Below, in pieces: positions 15,008-29,340 of a stretch of DNA of 64,000 nt. The stretch lies in the NCBI RefSeq assembly GCF_009914755.1, contig NC_060939.1. One strand, written 5' to 3'. Each line of letters starts with the position of its first letter. Positions within the stretch are counted from its first letter, which is position 1. A model generated the notes under the pieces. The model did no database searches. It was not told where the DNA came from and was given only the letters and a program-made list of their open reading frames with translations. The position numbers and the translations under genes were made by a program. Origin of the DNA: the human T2T-CHM13v2.0 reference genome, Homo sapiens.

Positions 15008-16075
15008 ATTTGAAATCAAGTATTGGAGTCTTTCAATTATGTTCTTTGTTTTCAATATCGATTTGGGTATTTTGAGTCCCTTGCATTTCCATATAACTTG
15101 TATGATCATCTTGCCAATTCTAGAAGAAAATAAGGCTGCTGGGATTTTGATAGGCACTGCATTGAATTTGTAGATCAATTTAGGTGTTATCACTATTTTA
15201 ACAACATTAAATCTTCTGATCCATGGCAAGGAGTAACTTTTCATTTATTTCTGTCTCCTGGAAATTGTAACAATTGCTTTGTAGTTTTCAGTATACAATT
15301 AATTATTACATGTCTTTGGTTAAATTTATCCCTAAGTATTTTATTTTGCATTTTAATTTAGGGGAAATTTAAATGTAAGTAGAATTGCATCTTAGTTTTA
15401 TTTTCAGATTCTTGATGGCTAAGGTATTAAAAATACTGAATATTGTTAGCTTATCCTATAACCCTGCCGAAGTCACTTATTACTGCTAATAGTCTTTCTT
15501 TGGCTTAACAAAATTATGTACAAGATTTTTTATCCGCAAATAGTGATAGTTTTACTTCCTTGTTTTCAATCGGGATGCCTATTACTATTATTATTATTTG
15601 GCTTGTCTAATTACCCTGGTGAGAACCTCCAGTACCATGTTTAATAGGAGTGGGTAGAGAAGATGTCTCTGCCTCATTTTCAAGCTTAAGGGAAAAGCAT
15701 CCAATTTCTCACCATTAAGTATAATGTTTTCCTCTATTTCTAGTTGTTTGACTCTTTTTTTTATATCATGAAAGGGTATTGAATTTTGTGAAATAATTTT
15801 TCACCATCTATTGAGATGATGATGTAGTTTTTGCTCTTCATGCTATAAACATAGTATTGATTTTTGGGTATTAATCCAGTCTTGTAATCCTAGGATAAAT
15901 CCTTCTTGGTCACAGTGCATAATCCTTTTCATCTGTTTCTGAATTCGTTTTGCTGGTATTTTGTTGAGGGTTTTGGGTCCATATTCATAAGGGATATTTA
16001 CTGTTGTTTTCTTGTGACATCTTTCTCTGGTTTTGGCATCAGTCTAATACTGGCCTCGTAGTATGAGTTGGGATC
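15008..16075 (-). mobile_element. L1M (MB/MC-age) ORF2 fragment
   Basis: ORF 14978..15244 translates WIRRFNVVKIVITPKLIYKFNAVPIKIPA..., matching L1 ORF2p. Confidence 0.85.
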
Positions 16076-16914
16076 AAGTCCTATTTTGCTTGGCACATCT
16101 TCTCAGCAAATATTCACATGAGCCCTATTTCCCTCTCTTAGAATGGAATCCTATGGTGCTTCAAGTACATATATGTGATTCGTCATCGACCTAGTTCAGG
16201 ATGATCTCTATTGATGCTTCTCTGGAACTACCACTTTGGTCTGTAGATATTTTCTTCCCTCTTGATGATTTCCTACAATATTCCTTCACCAGCCTAGTCA
16301 CTTATCACTACCACAACATCATATGGAAATGTATGCTAAATGTCCCTGGGAAGTCTGGCCGTGGAAAATGACTGTTCTGAATTCCTCCAACCCTTTTAAC
16401 TCAAGCTGACCAGCTGATCCAGACTAAACAGTGAGAACATAGGAAACAGCAAAGATTGAAGAATGACCTTTTTGTTGTCATGACTTATGGAATAGTCAGA
16501 TGTAATTAGCCTAGCATACTATTGAAAGGTACAATAGTGTATGGAATATACCTGATGCTACAGGAGGAAATGGAAAGAAATAAGCTATACCTCTCCAGCA
16601 GAGGAACTAGAGAAAAGATTATCAGTCAGTGCTGAAGAATCTCATTGGCCCCACTTCCAAGGTAGTGGTTATTTAGGATGCAGTGGGTTAAGACAAGTAT
16701 AGTTTAGCCTTAAGTGGCTACCTGTAATGCTAAGTAAAACCATCTCTAGTCATTGGTACCGAAGTACAGAAAAAACACACAGACCTATAGGCAAGCATAG
16801 GGCTCTCATCTGGTAAGCTGAGATTAATGGTTCAGGTTTTGGCCCATCAGACTATACCAAATGAGGGGTTAAGAATCCTGAACACACCCACTTCAAAATG
16901 GATTGCTTTTCTGA

Positions 16915-17372
16915 CTTTTTCTTTTTCTTTTTTTCTTCAACTTTTATTTTAAGTTCAGAGGTACATGTGCAGGATGTGCAGGTTTGTTACGTAGGTAAAT
17001 GTGTGCCATGGTGGTTTACTGCACAGATCATCCCATCACCCAGGTATTGAGCCCAGTATCCATTAGCTATTCTTCCTGATGCTCTCCTTCCCACAACAGA
17101 TGCTCAGTGTGTGTTAATCCCCCCCATGTGTCCATGTGTTCTAATCATTCAGCTTTCACTTATAAGTTCTCATCATTCACTTGTAAGTGAGAACATGTGG
17201 TGTTTGGTATTCTGTTCTTCAGGTTGCTGAGGACAATGGCTTCCAACTCCATCCACGTCCCTGCAAAGGACATGACCTCATTACCTTTTACAGCTGCATA
17301 GTATTCCATGGTGTATATGTACCACATTTTCTTTAGCCAGTCTCTCATTAAAGGGAATTTAGGCTGATTCCT
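16915..17372 (-). mobile_element. L1PA10/11-type 3' end
   Basis: T-rich tail, then caacttttattttaagttcagaggtacatgtgcaggatgtgcagg; ORF 17160..17348 gives DWLKKMWYIYTMEYYAAVK (ORF2p C-terminus). Confidence 0.9.
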
Positions 17373-17494
17373 TCAACTAGAAAATTCAATGAGAAATTTC
17401 CTTACCTGTCTTTGGGTTCTAGAAAGTGACTTTTTATTTGCCACATTTTCAACTATGCCTCTTATTTTTAGAGTTAAGACTTTAAAAATATATG

Positions 17495-17773
17495 TAGTCA
17501 CGCATCATTTAAAGATGGGGATACATTTTAAGAAATGTGTCATTAGGCAATTTTGTTGTTGTCCAAACATTATAGAGTACAGTTACAGAAACGCAGATGA
17601 TGTATACATTTTTATTTATACTGAATATTAATTATTTATCCTCTTTGATCTGAAATGCCAATATCAAGTGCCATATATCAAGTTGTTAGATACGTTTCAT
17701 TATGATCCAATGGTATCACTATCATATCTGTGCTCCATCATTCACCCACACGTTGTTACATGGTGCATGACTG
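17495..17773. mobile_element. Tigger3/MER7-type MITE (TcMar)
   Basis: Terminal inverted repeats tagtcacgcatc... / ...ggtgcatgactg followed by TA; ggggatacattttaagaaatgtgtcattaggcaattt. Confidence 0.8.
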
Positions 17774-20532
17774 TACATCATTTGTCCTGTCTTCCCACCT
17801 CCCTGTTTCTCATTGTGGTTGCTATTTATTGTTTTTCTCTGGGTAATGGAGTATGAGGAAAGAAATAAACATTTTAAAAAGGTCGTGATGCTCCTTTTGT
17901 CTGTGATCTCTTTATTATCTTTGGGAGTAGAACTGGATGTTCCAAGGGAAGTTTTTCCACCATCTTAATTAGGGTGTCTGAAGTTCAAAACCAACAATAA
18001 TCTTATTACTTGTTATTTTTTAGTAACCACAGGAGAAAAAATTAGAGGATCCTTGGCTCTAAACTCACACTGTTAAGGCCGTCAACATTTTGATCTTTTT
18101 ATTTTTATTTGTATAATAAAGTTATTAGACCAGGGTTTCTACGAATGTCATATGTACAACAAAAAGGCAAACTGAATTCCCCTAGGGATACATTTGGATC
18201 CTCTGAGAAGCTGAGTTACTAACTGCTTCAATAAATGACAACTAGAAATACAGGCTAGTTAGTCTGTTTATTACTGTAGTAAAGGATAGATCACAGCTAA
18301 AAATGACATGGCTAGGAAAAATTTTAAATTCCCTATTGATAAGGAAAAAAATAGACATTGAAACAGTTAAAGCTTAATGAAGACCTTGACAAAGAGCCGT
18401 TGTTAAAAACATAGGCTAAAAAAATTAAATAGAAATTAATTATAAAAAAGCAGTATGTCTGAATGCCATTTATGGACTTTTCTAATCTATCAAATAATTT
18501 CCACTTAAATTTAAGGAGAATGAAAGACGAGAAAGATTTATGGTTATGATGAAGAAACATTATTATGTTTCTAGGTAGCAGTGACAAAAATTTATGCTCT
18601 TTCCAATCAGGAATTAAATTTCAAAGTACGGTAGAACAAGAACAATATAGTCAAGGAATATGGAATTTTTGAGATATGTTCCCAAGATGCAATTCTTTAA
18701 GGAATATGAGAAATTAAAATCATGTAAACTAGCCAGCATTCGACAGGAAAATTGTAATGGATCTCACTGGGGAGCTAGAGTTGCTAATTTTTTCAGTAAT
18801 TCATCACTGTTTCTCTAATTACGCTGATGCACGATCTGAAGATAGCTCCAAAATGGTCACTAGAGAATGTGACAACACACACAGCCTGTGCCACGATGCA
18901 TTCCAGACAGTCTTCACTGAGCTGCAAAAGTAAGAAAAGTAAGGTTGCCAAGGCCAGGCTTGGGTTAGCACTGTGAGAGGCACTGGGGTGCAGTCGGTAA
19001 GGGAGCACACTCCCTGCCTGGGTTTGGATTCTGCCGCTCCTTCTTGCTCACTCTGTAGTTTTGGGGAATTCTCTCAACCGCTCTGCCTTTTATTTCCTCT
19101 TTATGGACCATGCATAATAGTAAAATCCAGCTCATAAGATTATGTTTAGTATGATGCATGGGACATGCTGAGTTGCTGTCAGAATATTAGCAATCATCAT
19201 TATGGTTGTTGGGGTAATGCTAATAAATGTGGAGTACTGTCCAGTGGGAGATGACCTTTGGCTCATTCTGAACTGCACTGTTATTCAAGGCTTGATTTTA
19301 TTTCTTCTTATTAATCTCTAGGGAATAATACTCTATGATGGTGGCATCTTGGATCCAGGCACTATTTCTCAATGCGAATTCAGGCCCCAAACGGCAGCCA
19401 GTTGGATGGAGTCCAAACCCCAAAAAGAAGGGACTGGGATTGGTAAGGACCTGAAAAATTGTCAAGGCAGCAAACAGATGATTTGAAGTTACAAGAAGAG
19501 CCGCCATATCATCAGGGAAAGCAGACAGCAAATCAGGAAATTAAATTCTACAGACCAGGTTAATATGGGAGCGGTAAGAGCAATGCCTTACTGCTACAGC
19601 TTATTAGATATTAGGTAGCCTTCCATGAACCCTCAAGTGGTCTAGATATTAGGATGTGCCTCCCAAGGCCTTCAGTTGATTGTCTTGTATTTCTGTAGCA
19701 TTCCACTCCCCCCCGTAGTCATTATGTTTTCTGTCTCATCACCCAAACATGCAACAGCTGACAGACCACGAGTGGACACCTGACCTAAAGGCACACATGT
19801 GTAGTCTGGCCAGTGGTCCAGGCAGTCTCTGAGAAGTTTCCCAGAAACAATTATATTGTCAGTTCCAGGATGCGACAGCTAACCTGTTTAGCAGAAAGGC
19901 ATGGGAAAGAACTCACTAAACAAGAAAAAAAAAATGATAGCAACCAGGGATCTGTGATGTACACACAAATGGTTATGTAATAATTAGATGACAATACAAT
20001 ATAATAACTTGTGTTTATCCCAGTGACTAAGTGATCAGTGAACATTAATATCACATCATGTTGAGTATATTGGTATTTTAATAGTATAAAAAAGTATAAT
20101 CGATGTTAACAAGATTTACATCTAAATTAGGATTTTTAAAATAAATTTTTGAAAATTATGAAAAATGTATGCTGAACTCACCATAAAACTTAACTATCCA
20201 GATTATTATTTCTTTGGTGTTTCTGGATGGCTAAGATTTAGCTATTATTGAAAGTAGTGACTGATGAAATAAATGGATGGTTGTAAGTGTTTTCTCTTTC
20301 TGACGATATTTCAGACAAGTGAACTTTGGAAGGCAAATACAGACCTACAAAAATTGATCACAAATTTATAAATGATTAGAACTGGAAAGGAAGAGGAAGT
20401 GAGAATTGTTAAGAATCTCCTCCTGCAGGTAATGTGCTAAGGGATTTACCTATTTATACTTAAGTTTCAGCATTCACAGGAGATAGGCGTAAGTATCTCT
20501 ATTTTATAGATGAGAATACTGAGTTATTTGTT

Positions 20533-21392
<860 letters not shown>

Positions 21393-23169
21393 GTAACCCA
21401 ATTAGTATAAGAACTAAATCTCAGTATATCATTTAACAACATCCATATCACATTTAGGAAAATTAACCCTGGAGCACATCTTATGTTGCTGATGCAGTAG
21501 CTGAGTCCCAAATAGACAAAGTCATGTAATTCAATTCACAATATTGTCTGGGAATTTTTCTATATATAAGACTGTCCAGAATTGGTTTGTTCAAAAATAA
21601 GAAACAACCTCTAAGAAGGAGGTGCAAATTCAACTAATTTCAAGCAACTCAGCATAATGCACTATCAAAAATCCTACAGGGAGCTCTCCAGAGCAGGTTG
21701 TATATGCAGGGATTTGTAAGGCCCTAAAACCTAATGGCCATGCCAGGACAAAAAGCCGCATGCATTCTGCTCTTTCTGCATAATCACCAGGTGGTTGAGA
21801 CTTAGAACAGATGGGCAAGTCCCAGAGAGTGGCTCATGTCATACATCTGGGATGTTAACGTGTTGGGGTGGAAAGTCCTTGTGCTTGCAGTAGCAGAAAA
21901 TCCTGTGCTTCTCTCTGCATTTAGAGCCATGAGGAAAATCACCACTGACCTGTGAATATTCAAGAGGAAATCCAATAGTGATGACAGTCCTATGAACCCA
22001 AAGGAAAGACAGAGGACGGAGACAATTCCAGAATTTTAGTGTTTTTCGTATGTAATAGGCCATACATACATGAGCATGTTTGAAAATCACCAAGAGAGGT
22101 GAGTACAAGAGATATCCTTGAAAATGGGGAGAAAATTGTTATCAGGTTTTTTTAACCAATGGTGATAATGAGAAATTAGACCAGACATTGTTATAAAAAT
22201 CCATCCCTACAAAACCATTTTATATAAAAAATAATGAGAACAGAACAGAACTAATTTAGTTAGCTAATTATCACATGCATTTCACATCAGCCCAAAAGCA
22301 ACCAGAAACCATTAGCAGTACACCCCGCCGTTCTCATCAAGCAGGGGATTAATGGGAACAAACCTGGAATTGGCTTTTGCAGAAATGAATCTACCATCTT
22401 CAAAAGGTAATAATCGCCACGGGCCTCCCCTTGTGATCTCCACTGTGCAATGAGGTTTCTCCTGGAGCCTCGAGGAGCAGGAGAAATCTTTTTCTTCCCC
22501 TCTTCCTGGTTGCCCCACTCCCACCCCAGAGTGCTGGAGGTATAAAGTGAATGAATCTCTTTACACAGATAGTCCTAGAGATTAATTCATCTCATTAGTG
22601 ACAGAATAAAATCTCAATGTCTTTGGCCCCTCTTCTGAAACAGGCCTAGCAATCTACACACAGCCTTGATCATCTGTTCTTGTCAGAATATGAGGTTGGG
22701 AGGGTTTTTTCCCCCTGTGCATATATCTATACGTGGTTCATATAATTTGTGCCATTGCTCACCTGTCAAACATTAAGCTTCATTCATTTAGTCATCCATT
22801 CATTCAAGCAATCACTAATATCTGGTTTAAGCCACACACTATATTAGGTAATGAGAAAGGACACACATAATCCCTGTATTTAATGAACTCATAATATGTT
22901 GCATAAGAAAAAAAAAGCTAGAGAGCAGCGTGATGCGTTGACATGGCAACTGTATCAAACCCCCCCTGTTTAGGACATGGATGAAGTAAGGGATCAGGAG
23001 AGCATGGCCTGAGGATTGACAACCACAAAGACAGAAACAAACAGCTAATCTGGGTAGCTCTTTTAGACAGAGGACAAACAACACAGAAAAAACATAATTT
23101 TAAAATTATGGGTATTTGGCAGGCTTGGAGTATAGGGTTCATATGAGTAAGTTGCAGATGAAATCAACC

Positions 23170-23343
23170 TACTACTTTGTACTCAAAATTTGGTCCATGA
23201 ACCTGCACCATCAATAGCCCCTGGGATTTCTTTGGGAATGCATAGTCTCAGGCTTCCCTGCAGACCTGCTGAATCTGAATCGCATTTTGACCATATCCTA
23301 GGTGATTTGCATGTATGTTAGAGTTTGAGAAGCACTGGACTAG
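23170..23343. mobile_element. MER5 (A/B) hAT MITE
   Basis: tactcaaaatttggtccatgaacctgcaccatc...cagacctgctgaatctgaatcgcatttt...agtttgagaagcactg. Confidence 0.8.
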
Positions 23344-24166
23344 GGCACCCAAAATCTGACATATTAGTTGGAAAATGATGAAAAAATTTTAAAAAGCTTC
23401 CAGTCCCTGGCACACAAAAACCTGCCAGGAGGCAACTGCAGCTGAAGATCCTGAGAATTCTGAGAATTCTTATTTATCTGTCCTGTGCAATAGAGATGAT
23501 ACCTATCAGCTCATAGTTCTCAGTTAGCAACACTGGTTTTTGATGAGTTTGACCACATGTTTCCCTCATTAGTTAAGGTGTCTAGTAAGATACTATTTTG
23601 ACAGTAAGTTTTTAATCTTCGTAATTTTTTTAACCCATCGTTCTTCTCCATTCAAAAGAGACAATGAAGGATCTACTGCCTCAGGTTAGATTATTTACCA
23701 CAGAGCCCAGAAAACAAGTCAGTTCTAGTCTTTTGAGTATCAAGATGGAATATGCTTTGGGAGTTAAGGAACATAAACATTAATCTTCAAAATTCTGAGC
23801 CACAAAGAATTGGAGGCACAAACCTTAGGCTATTGGTGGTAGGTTGGAATGAAGAGATAAAAAGTCAAGCAACCTTGTTTCTAGATTAGGTAAAAAGTCA
23901 TGGGTGGTATGGAGAAGAGAGTCAGGACACCAAAGGGAGGACTTGGATGATTGTGAGTCCTGGATAAGATACCCTATATCCTGGATTCTAGACTGAGGCT
24001 TAGTACTCCATAGATTTGTGAGAGAAGCCCTGGTCCTTATCTCCTGGGTTGCTTCAGGTTTCCAGGAGCTCTTAATAGGAAAGGAGAGTTCTTGGTGTCC
24101 CCAGGTACACAAGGGCAGTAGGATGCTCTGAAATTCCAAAAAGAGAAAAATGATAAAATGGATGAG

Positions 24167-24317
24167 GTATTAGTCAGAGTTCTCTAGAGAAATAGAACCA
24201 ATAGAATAGCTACCTATCTATCTATCTATCCATCCGTCTTCTCTCCCTCATCTATCTATCCATCCATCTTCTCTCTCTCATCTATCTATCCATCCATCCA
24301 TCCATCTTCTCTCTCTC

Positions 24318-24377
<60 letters not shown>

Positions 24378-24704
24378 CTCCCTCTTATATATATATAAGA
24401 GAGAATTCTCAGTCCAAGTTTACAGACCCAAGAATTAGGAGCTTTGATGTCTGAGGGTAGGAAAATTTAGATGTCCCAATTCAAGCAAAGAGCAAATTTG
24501 TCCTTCCTTGGTCTTTTGTTCTATTCTGACCCTCAGAATGGATGATGCTGGTCCACATGGTGGAGGGTATTGTCTTTATTCAGTCTATTGATTCCAATGC
24601 TAATCTCTCCAGAGATCCTCACAGACACAACCAGAAGTAACATTTTACCAGCTATCTGGGCATTCCTTGGTCCAGTCAAACTGACATGTACAATTGAGCA
24701 CCAC
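24167..24704 (-). mobile_element. MLT2 (B/C/D) ERVL LTR containing a compound STR
   Basis: gtattagtcagagttctctagagaaatagaaccaatag; ttttaccagctatctgggcattccttggtccagtcaaactgaca...caccaca. Confidence 0.88.
24211..24384. repeat. Compound (TATC)/(CATC)/(CT) tandem repeat with a (TATC)13 core at 24321-24372
   Basis: Read directly from the sequence. Confidence 0.97.
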
Positions 24705-25930
24705 AGATGAGGACAGCAGTGAACATGAAGGGGCCTTGATGCCTGCTTTCAGAATGAGGAGACACGATGTGCACAGATGGATAATTGAACATCTATTTCA
24801 CCTTCATATCCAGCAAAGCTTGGTGTCTCATTACTGCTCCCCCGTAATACCTAAGACATAGGCCAGCTGACCAAGTCTCCATAAATCTATTGAGGTTAAA
24901 TGTTTGTGCTTTTCAAAACGGGGGCTTATAGCATATCTTTATTTATACTTTAGGAAAAACAGAGATATTCTATCACTCTACATTTGTGATGTGAACATCA
25001 ATACCTGCTGCAGACATGTGTGGCTCAAGAAGAGGATCGGTCCCAGCCCGGATGTACAGATCTCATGTGAGCAGCCCACTGGCTGAGCAGACCCACCCAT
25101 CATGAACCTGCACAAGGGTGGCTCATTCCCTTGGTGTATCTGGCAATTCTGGGCAAGCTAATTATGACTCTATCCATTTTTATTCCACTTAAGAAAGAAC
25201 ATAGAAAAACAAAGAAGTTGTAGTGATGCTTTTGTAAAGAAAACATTGAATTGTTATTTCTTTATAAAATTCCATCAGTCATATAAGACAGTACTTTAAT
25301 GTAGGCAACAAATGCTAGAGGACACACCCCAAATTAGTCAACACCCACATGTATTATAACACTGAAATGGGAATCCACTAGGTAAGAGGGGGCCTTGGTT
25401 TGATATTCAGACAGCCATAAAGTTGAGGTCAGGTGATATCTCACTCAGAATCTTTAGGGAGCTAATTTTCTCTCATGACAAATATCCCCTCTAAGAAAAT
25501 AGAGGGAAATGAACATGTCCTGGTGTGTCATTAAATAAAGGACTGTAGTGATGGTGTACCAAAAGCAATGAATGTGGGATCCAGGCCGATCTGGATTTTA
25601 TTGTTAATTTGATTTCTTTTACTTCCTGCGTGATCTTAAAACAGGGACCTATTTTTTTTCTGAACTTGAATTTTTGGATCTGTAAAGAATTGCTGTATGA
25701 TATAACTATTGAATTGACTGCAGCCAAATAGATTTTCAATAACCGTAAGATCTTTCCACTATTATTATTATATAATTAGAATTGACATTTTTATGTTTCT
25801 CCAAACCAGTACACAGAGGGATAACCAACATCCTTTTCCCTCCTTCTCCCTGTCTCTTAATCTCCTTACTAGGAGACTTCAGTTGGCTGGAGAAAAGAAT
25901 GCTTAGTCACCCCAAACTGTGGGTAGAAGA

Positions 25931-26400
25931 CATTCATTCATTCATTCAATAGCTATTTCTTGAGTGCCTTCTTAGTTCTTGGAATTCGTTATTCTTAAAA
26001 AAATAATTGACTTGTGTGTGTTTTAGTGGAGGGTGAAAGACAATAAACAAAGACCTAAAAAGTAAATAAATTATAGAATATATTAGAAAGTGATAATTAC
26101 TATAGAAAAACAGAAAAGGCATAGGTGGTAATAGGTGTAGGACTGGGGGATGTAGTGGCTTGCAGTTTTAAATAGGATGATCAGGGTAGGCTTCAGTGAG
26201 AGAATCTGAAGGAAGCTGCTATATGAATACTTGAAGATCTGAAGATCATGACAAACAGGGAGCGGCCACTGCAAAGGTCCTTGGACAGAACATGGTGCAT
26301 GGCATGTCTGAGGAATGCGAAGGAGGCCACTGTTGAAGGGGAAGAGGTCAGAAAGAGGGGGAGGCACAGAGAAATAGACCGAAAGCCCAACTGTTTTTCA
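25931..26400 (-). mobile_element. L2a 3' region
   Basis: cattcattcattcattcaa tail; ttttaaataggatgatcagggtaggcttcagtgag; tgcaaaggtcc...gcatgtctgaggaatgcgaaggaggcca. Confidence 0.85.
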
Positions 26401-27018
26401 GCATGAGGAATCATCTTGGCCGGGGTTTTCCTCTTCCTTGGTGGGGAAGTAGAGTCCTCTGATGAGAACCATTTTTCCTACTCCACTTGTTCCAGAAGCC
26501 TGCAGATAAAAGGCCTCAGCTGGAATAGGATGGAGCCTTCTTATTCTTGTCCTTCAATTGGATCCAACAGAACTACATCTCAGGATGGGGAAGAAGGACT
26601 CATGTAGCCTCTGACCCTTACTCAGAATCCCCCTCTGTCAAGGCTAGTGTCTCTGTGGACTCAGGCTTGAGACACAATTAGCTAGGATTACTTCAAGGGA
26701 AGAAGGGGAAGTCCAGGGATGAGAAGGAGGAAAAAAAAAAGTGATAACTTGCATGGTATCTCAAAAAGACCAGGAGGCTCCAAAGATGGAGGTGAACTTG
26801 CCTGCTATAGTCCCAGGCAGCTCACCTAACCCACCCAAGTCTCCCTCTATTCTATAAAATGAAGGTCAAGTAATTTCCAAGATTAGGTCAAGTTTAATCT
26901 CCAAGATTCTTCCCAACACACAGAGTCTCTCTGCCCATGCACACCTTGTATTGCACATGTGACTGGTTACCTGGTTCTCCAGGGACCCTTTTCATGTTCT
27001 GAGCTAAAGCACGACAAC

Positions 27019-27388
27019 TGTTGTGGGGTGAATTGTGTTCTCTGCAAAATCCATATGTTGAAGCCTTAGGCCCCAGTACCTCAGGATGTGACTGTATTTG
27101 GAGAGAGTCTTTAAAGAAGCACGTAACTTACAATGAGATCATTAGGGTGGTCCCTGATCCAATCTGCCTTGCATCCTTAACAGAGAAGGAGATTTGGACA
27201 CAGACAATAAAGAGAAAAGACCACATGACGACATAGGGAGGGGAAGACAATTATCTACAAGCCAGGGAGAGAGGCCTCAGAGGAAGCCAACCCTGTTGAA
27301 ATCTTGATCTTGGATGTCTAGCTACCAGAATTGTGTGAAAACAAAATTCTGTTTCTTAAGCAAAGTGTAGTTCTAGCAAACAAATATA
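27019..27388 (+). mobile_element. MLT1A0-type MaLR solo LTR
   Basis: tgttgtggggtgaattgtgttc...cagtacctcaggatgtgactgtatttggag...gagaggcctcagaggaagccaaccctg; flanks acaac/ccaac. Confidence 0.9.
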
Positions 27389-28099
27389 CCAACACCATAA
27401 TAGGGTCAAAAGTGCACCCATAGAATCAGGCATGGCCTTGGAGCACATAGGGATATGGAGAAGAGAATAAGCATAGGAAAAGAGAACCAATCCCTTCTTT
27501 AGGCCATCCCAGCTAATGCTCAGCTCAGCTCATCTCAGACTCTACTCAGTATATGTGAAAATGTACTTCCGCTGCTTTTCCCATGCCTCAGGACGTAACA
27601 AACCCGCAGAGGCATCCATACCTCTGATGCCTTCCAGGTGCAGCCGTCCTGTGGATCAACACTCCCTTCCAGACCTGAATTTGGACATCGTTCTGGGTTT
27701 AGCTCATATTCCTGTGTCCAGCTTGGCATGCGCTTGTTGGGTTACCCTTTTTCTTTCCTATCACTGAACCTGATCTCCTTCTGTTTGGGGCTTGGTGATT
27801 AACCAGGGGAGCCCTATAATACAAATGAGATTCTTCTTTAATTGTCAGAGATATTCAAGGTGGCTTTATGTCAGAACCTCTGTGGATGCTGTCTTTTTCT
27901 GCTAAGTAATAAAACGGATGAGCAATATTTTCAAGTAGTCATTAAACATGCAGCAGTATTGTAATAATAATAGTATTAAATTTAAAAAATCATATCTCAG
28001 ACTTGGAGTCAGTTATTCATTTTTCATGTCTTCTATACATAAATACTTTAAACTTGTAATCATAGAATAGATACAATTTTACGCTCTGACTTTCTCTCA

Positions 28100-28520
28100 T
28101 TACTGTGTGGCTACTTTTATTTGTTGCTGTATAACGTATACTATTGCTTTTAGAAGCTTCATAATATTACATCTAAATGAATGTACCTGGTCTTAAATGC
28201 CTTGTTGAACATTCAACATTCATCTCAAAATTCTTCACTACTGAAGTGAACATCTTGATCAAAATAGTGTTTTCCATCTTTGGGGACGATTTCATTAGAA
28301 AATTTTCCAGAAGGAAAATGATTAAGTCAGAATATCTGAGCATTTTTATAATTTTAAAAACACATCAAATCTCCAAAAGACTTGTCAATTCACTTTGCCT
28401 ATGGCAGTGTAAATGTACTGGTTTAATTTCAACCTCATCACAAATTGGTGTTTTTTTTCATTTTTCTCTTTTAGCAAAAGCAAAATGTGACCTTATTTTT
28501 GTTCTGATCATAATTCCTCC
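28100..28520 (-). mobile_element. L1ME-type fragment
   Basis: tgaagtgaacatcttgatc...atttcattagaaaattttccagaaggaaaatgattaagtcagaat. Confidence 0.6.
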
Positions 28521-28604
28521 ACCAAAATGTTCTATTTTAGATTTACTCAAATGTGTGAATTTATATTGAAGTTAAGATATAAATAAAGTTATGGTGGTGA
28601 GAAA

Positions 28605-28795
28605 TAAATATTCAATACCCACTACCTGCCAGACAGTTTACTAGAGATTTTATACTCACTACTATTTAATCCTCACAATAACCTGTGCTTATTTCACAGA
28701 TGAGTCACCAGAGACTTTTCTTGGTCATGGAACTGATCCAGAGTCACAGGTCTAGTAGGTAAAACAGGTGAATTAAAACTCAAAGCTGCCTCCAG
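28605..28795 (-). mobile_element. MIR
   Basis: tttaatcctcacaataacctgtg...atttcacagatgag. Confidence 0.75.
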
Positions 28796-28879
28796 TTCTG
28801 AACTGACTGGTATTGTTAGGAAGTGGATTTACAGACATAAAGCATTGACGCATAAGCTCATACTAGGTCAGAGGCTGAG

Positions 28880-29340
28880 ACTCATCTGTGGGGAGGTGAA
28901 ACGGCATTTGGGCTCAGAACTCAGAGATTCAGATACAGTGAGTCTGGAGTGTGGCCTGGAGGTCTGTATTTTATGTAACTGCCTAGGAGATTCTCACTGT
29001 CAGGTGTGATTTGCACTTTGCATTTGACACTAATTTTCCACTCTTAGCTATCGGAATCACGTGGAGAGCTTGATAAAACCTACAGATCCTGAAACCATGC
29101 TTCAGATCTGTTGAATAGAATCTTCCAAAGTGGGGCAGAAGAATATGTCTCTTAGCAGGCTCTCCAGTGTGTTCTTTTTATTTTTTAGTTTTTTATTTTA
29201 CGTTCTGGGATACATGTGCAGAACGTGTAGTTTTGTTACGTGGGTATACATGTGCCATGGTGGTTTGCTGAACCTATCAACCCGTCATCTAGGTTTTGAG
29301 AGTGTTCTTACAAAGCAGCTGCACAGGGCTCCTCGTGGCA
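28880..29340. mobile_element. MER5A/B fragments, the second interrupted by an L1 stub
   Basis: cagagattcagatacagtgagtctggagtgtggcctgga; ggaatcacgtggagagcttgataaaacctacagatcctg. Confidence 0.6.
29177..29298 (-). mobile_element. L1PA8-type extreme 3' stub (~120 bp)
   Basis: gggatacatgtgcagaacgtg...cctatcaacccgtcatctaggtttt; TSD agtgtgttctt/agagtgttctt. Confidence 0.9.
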
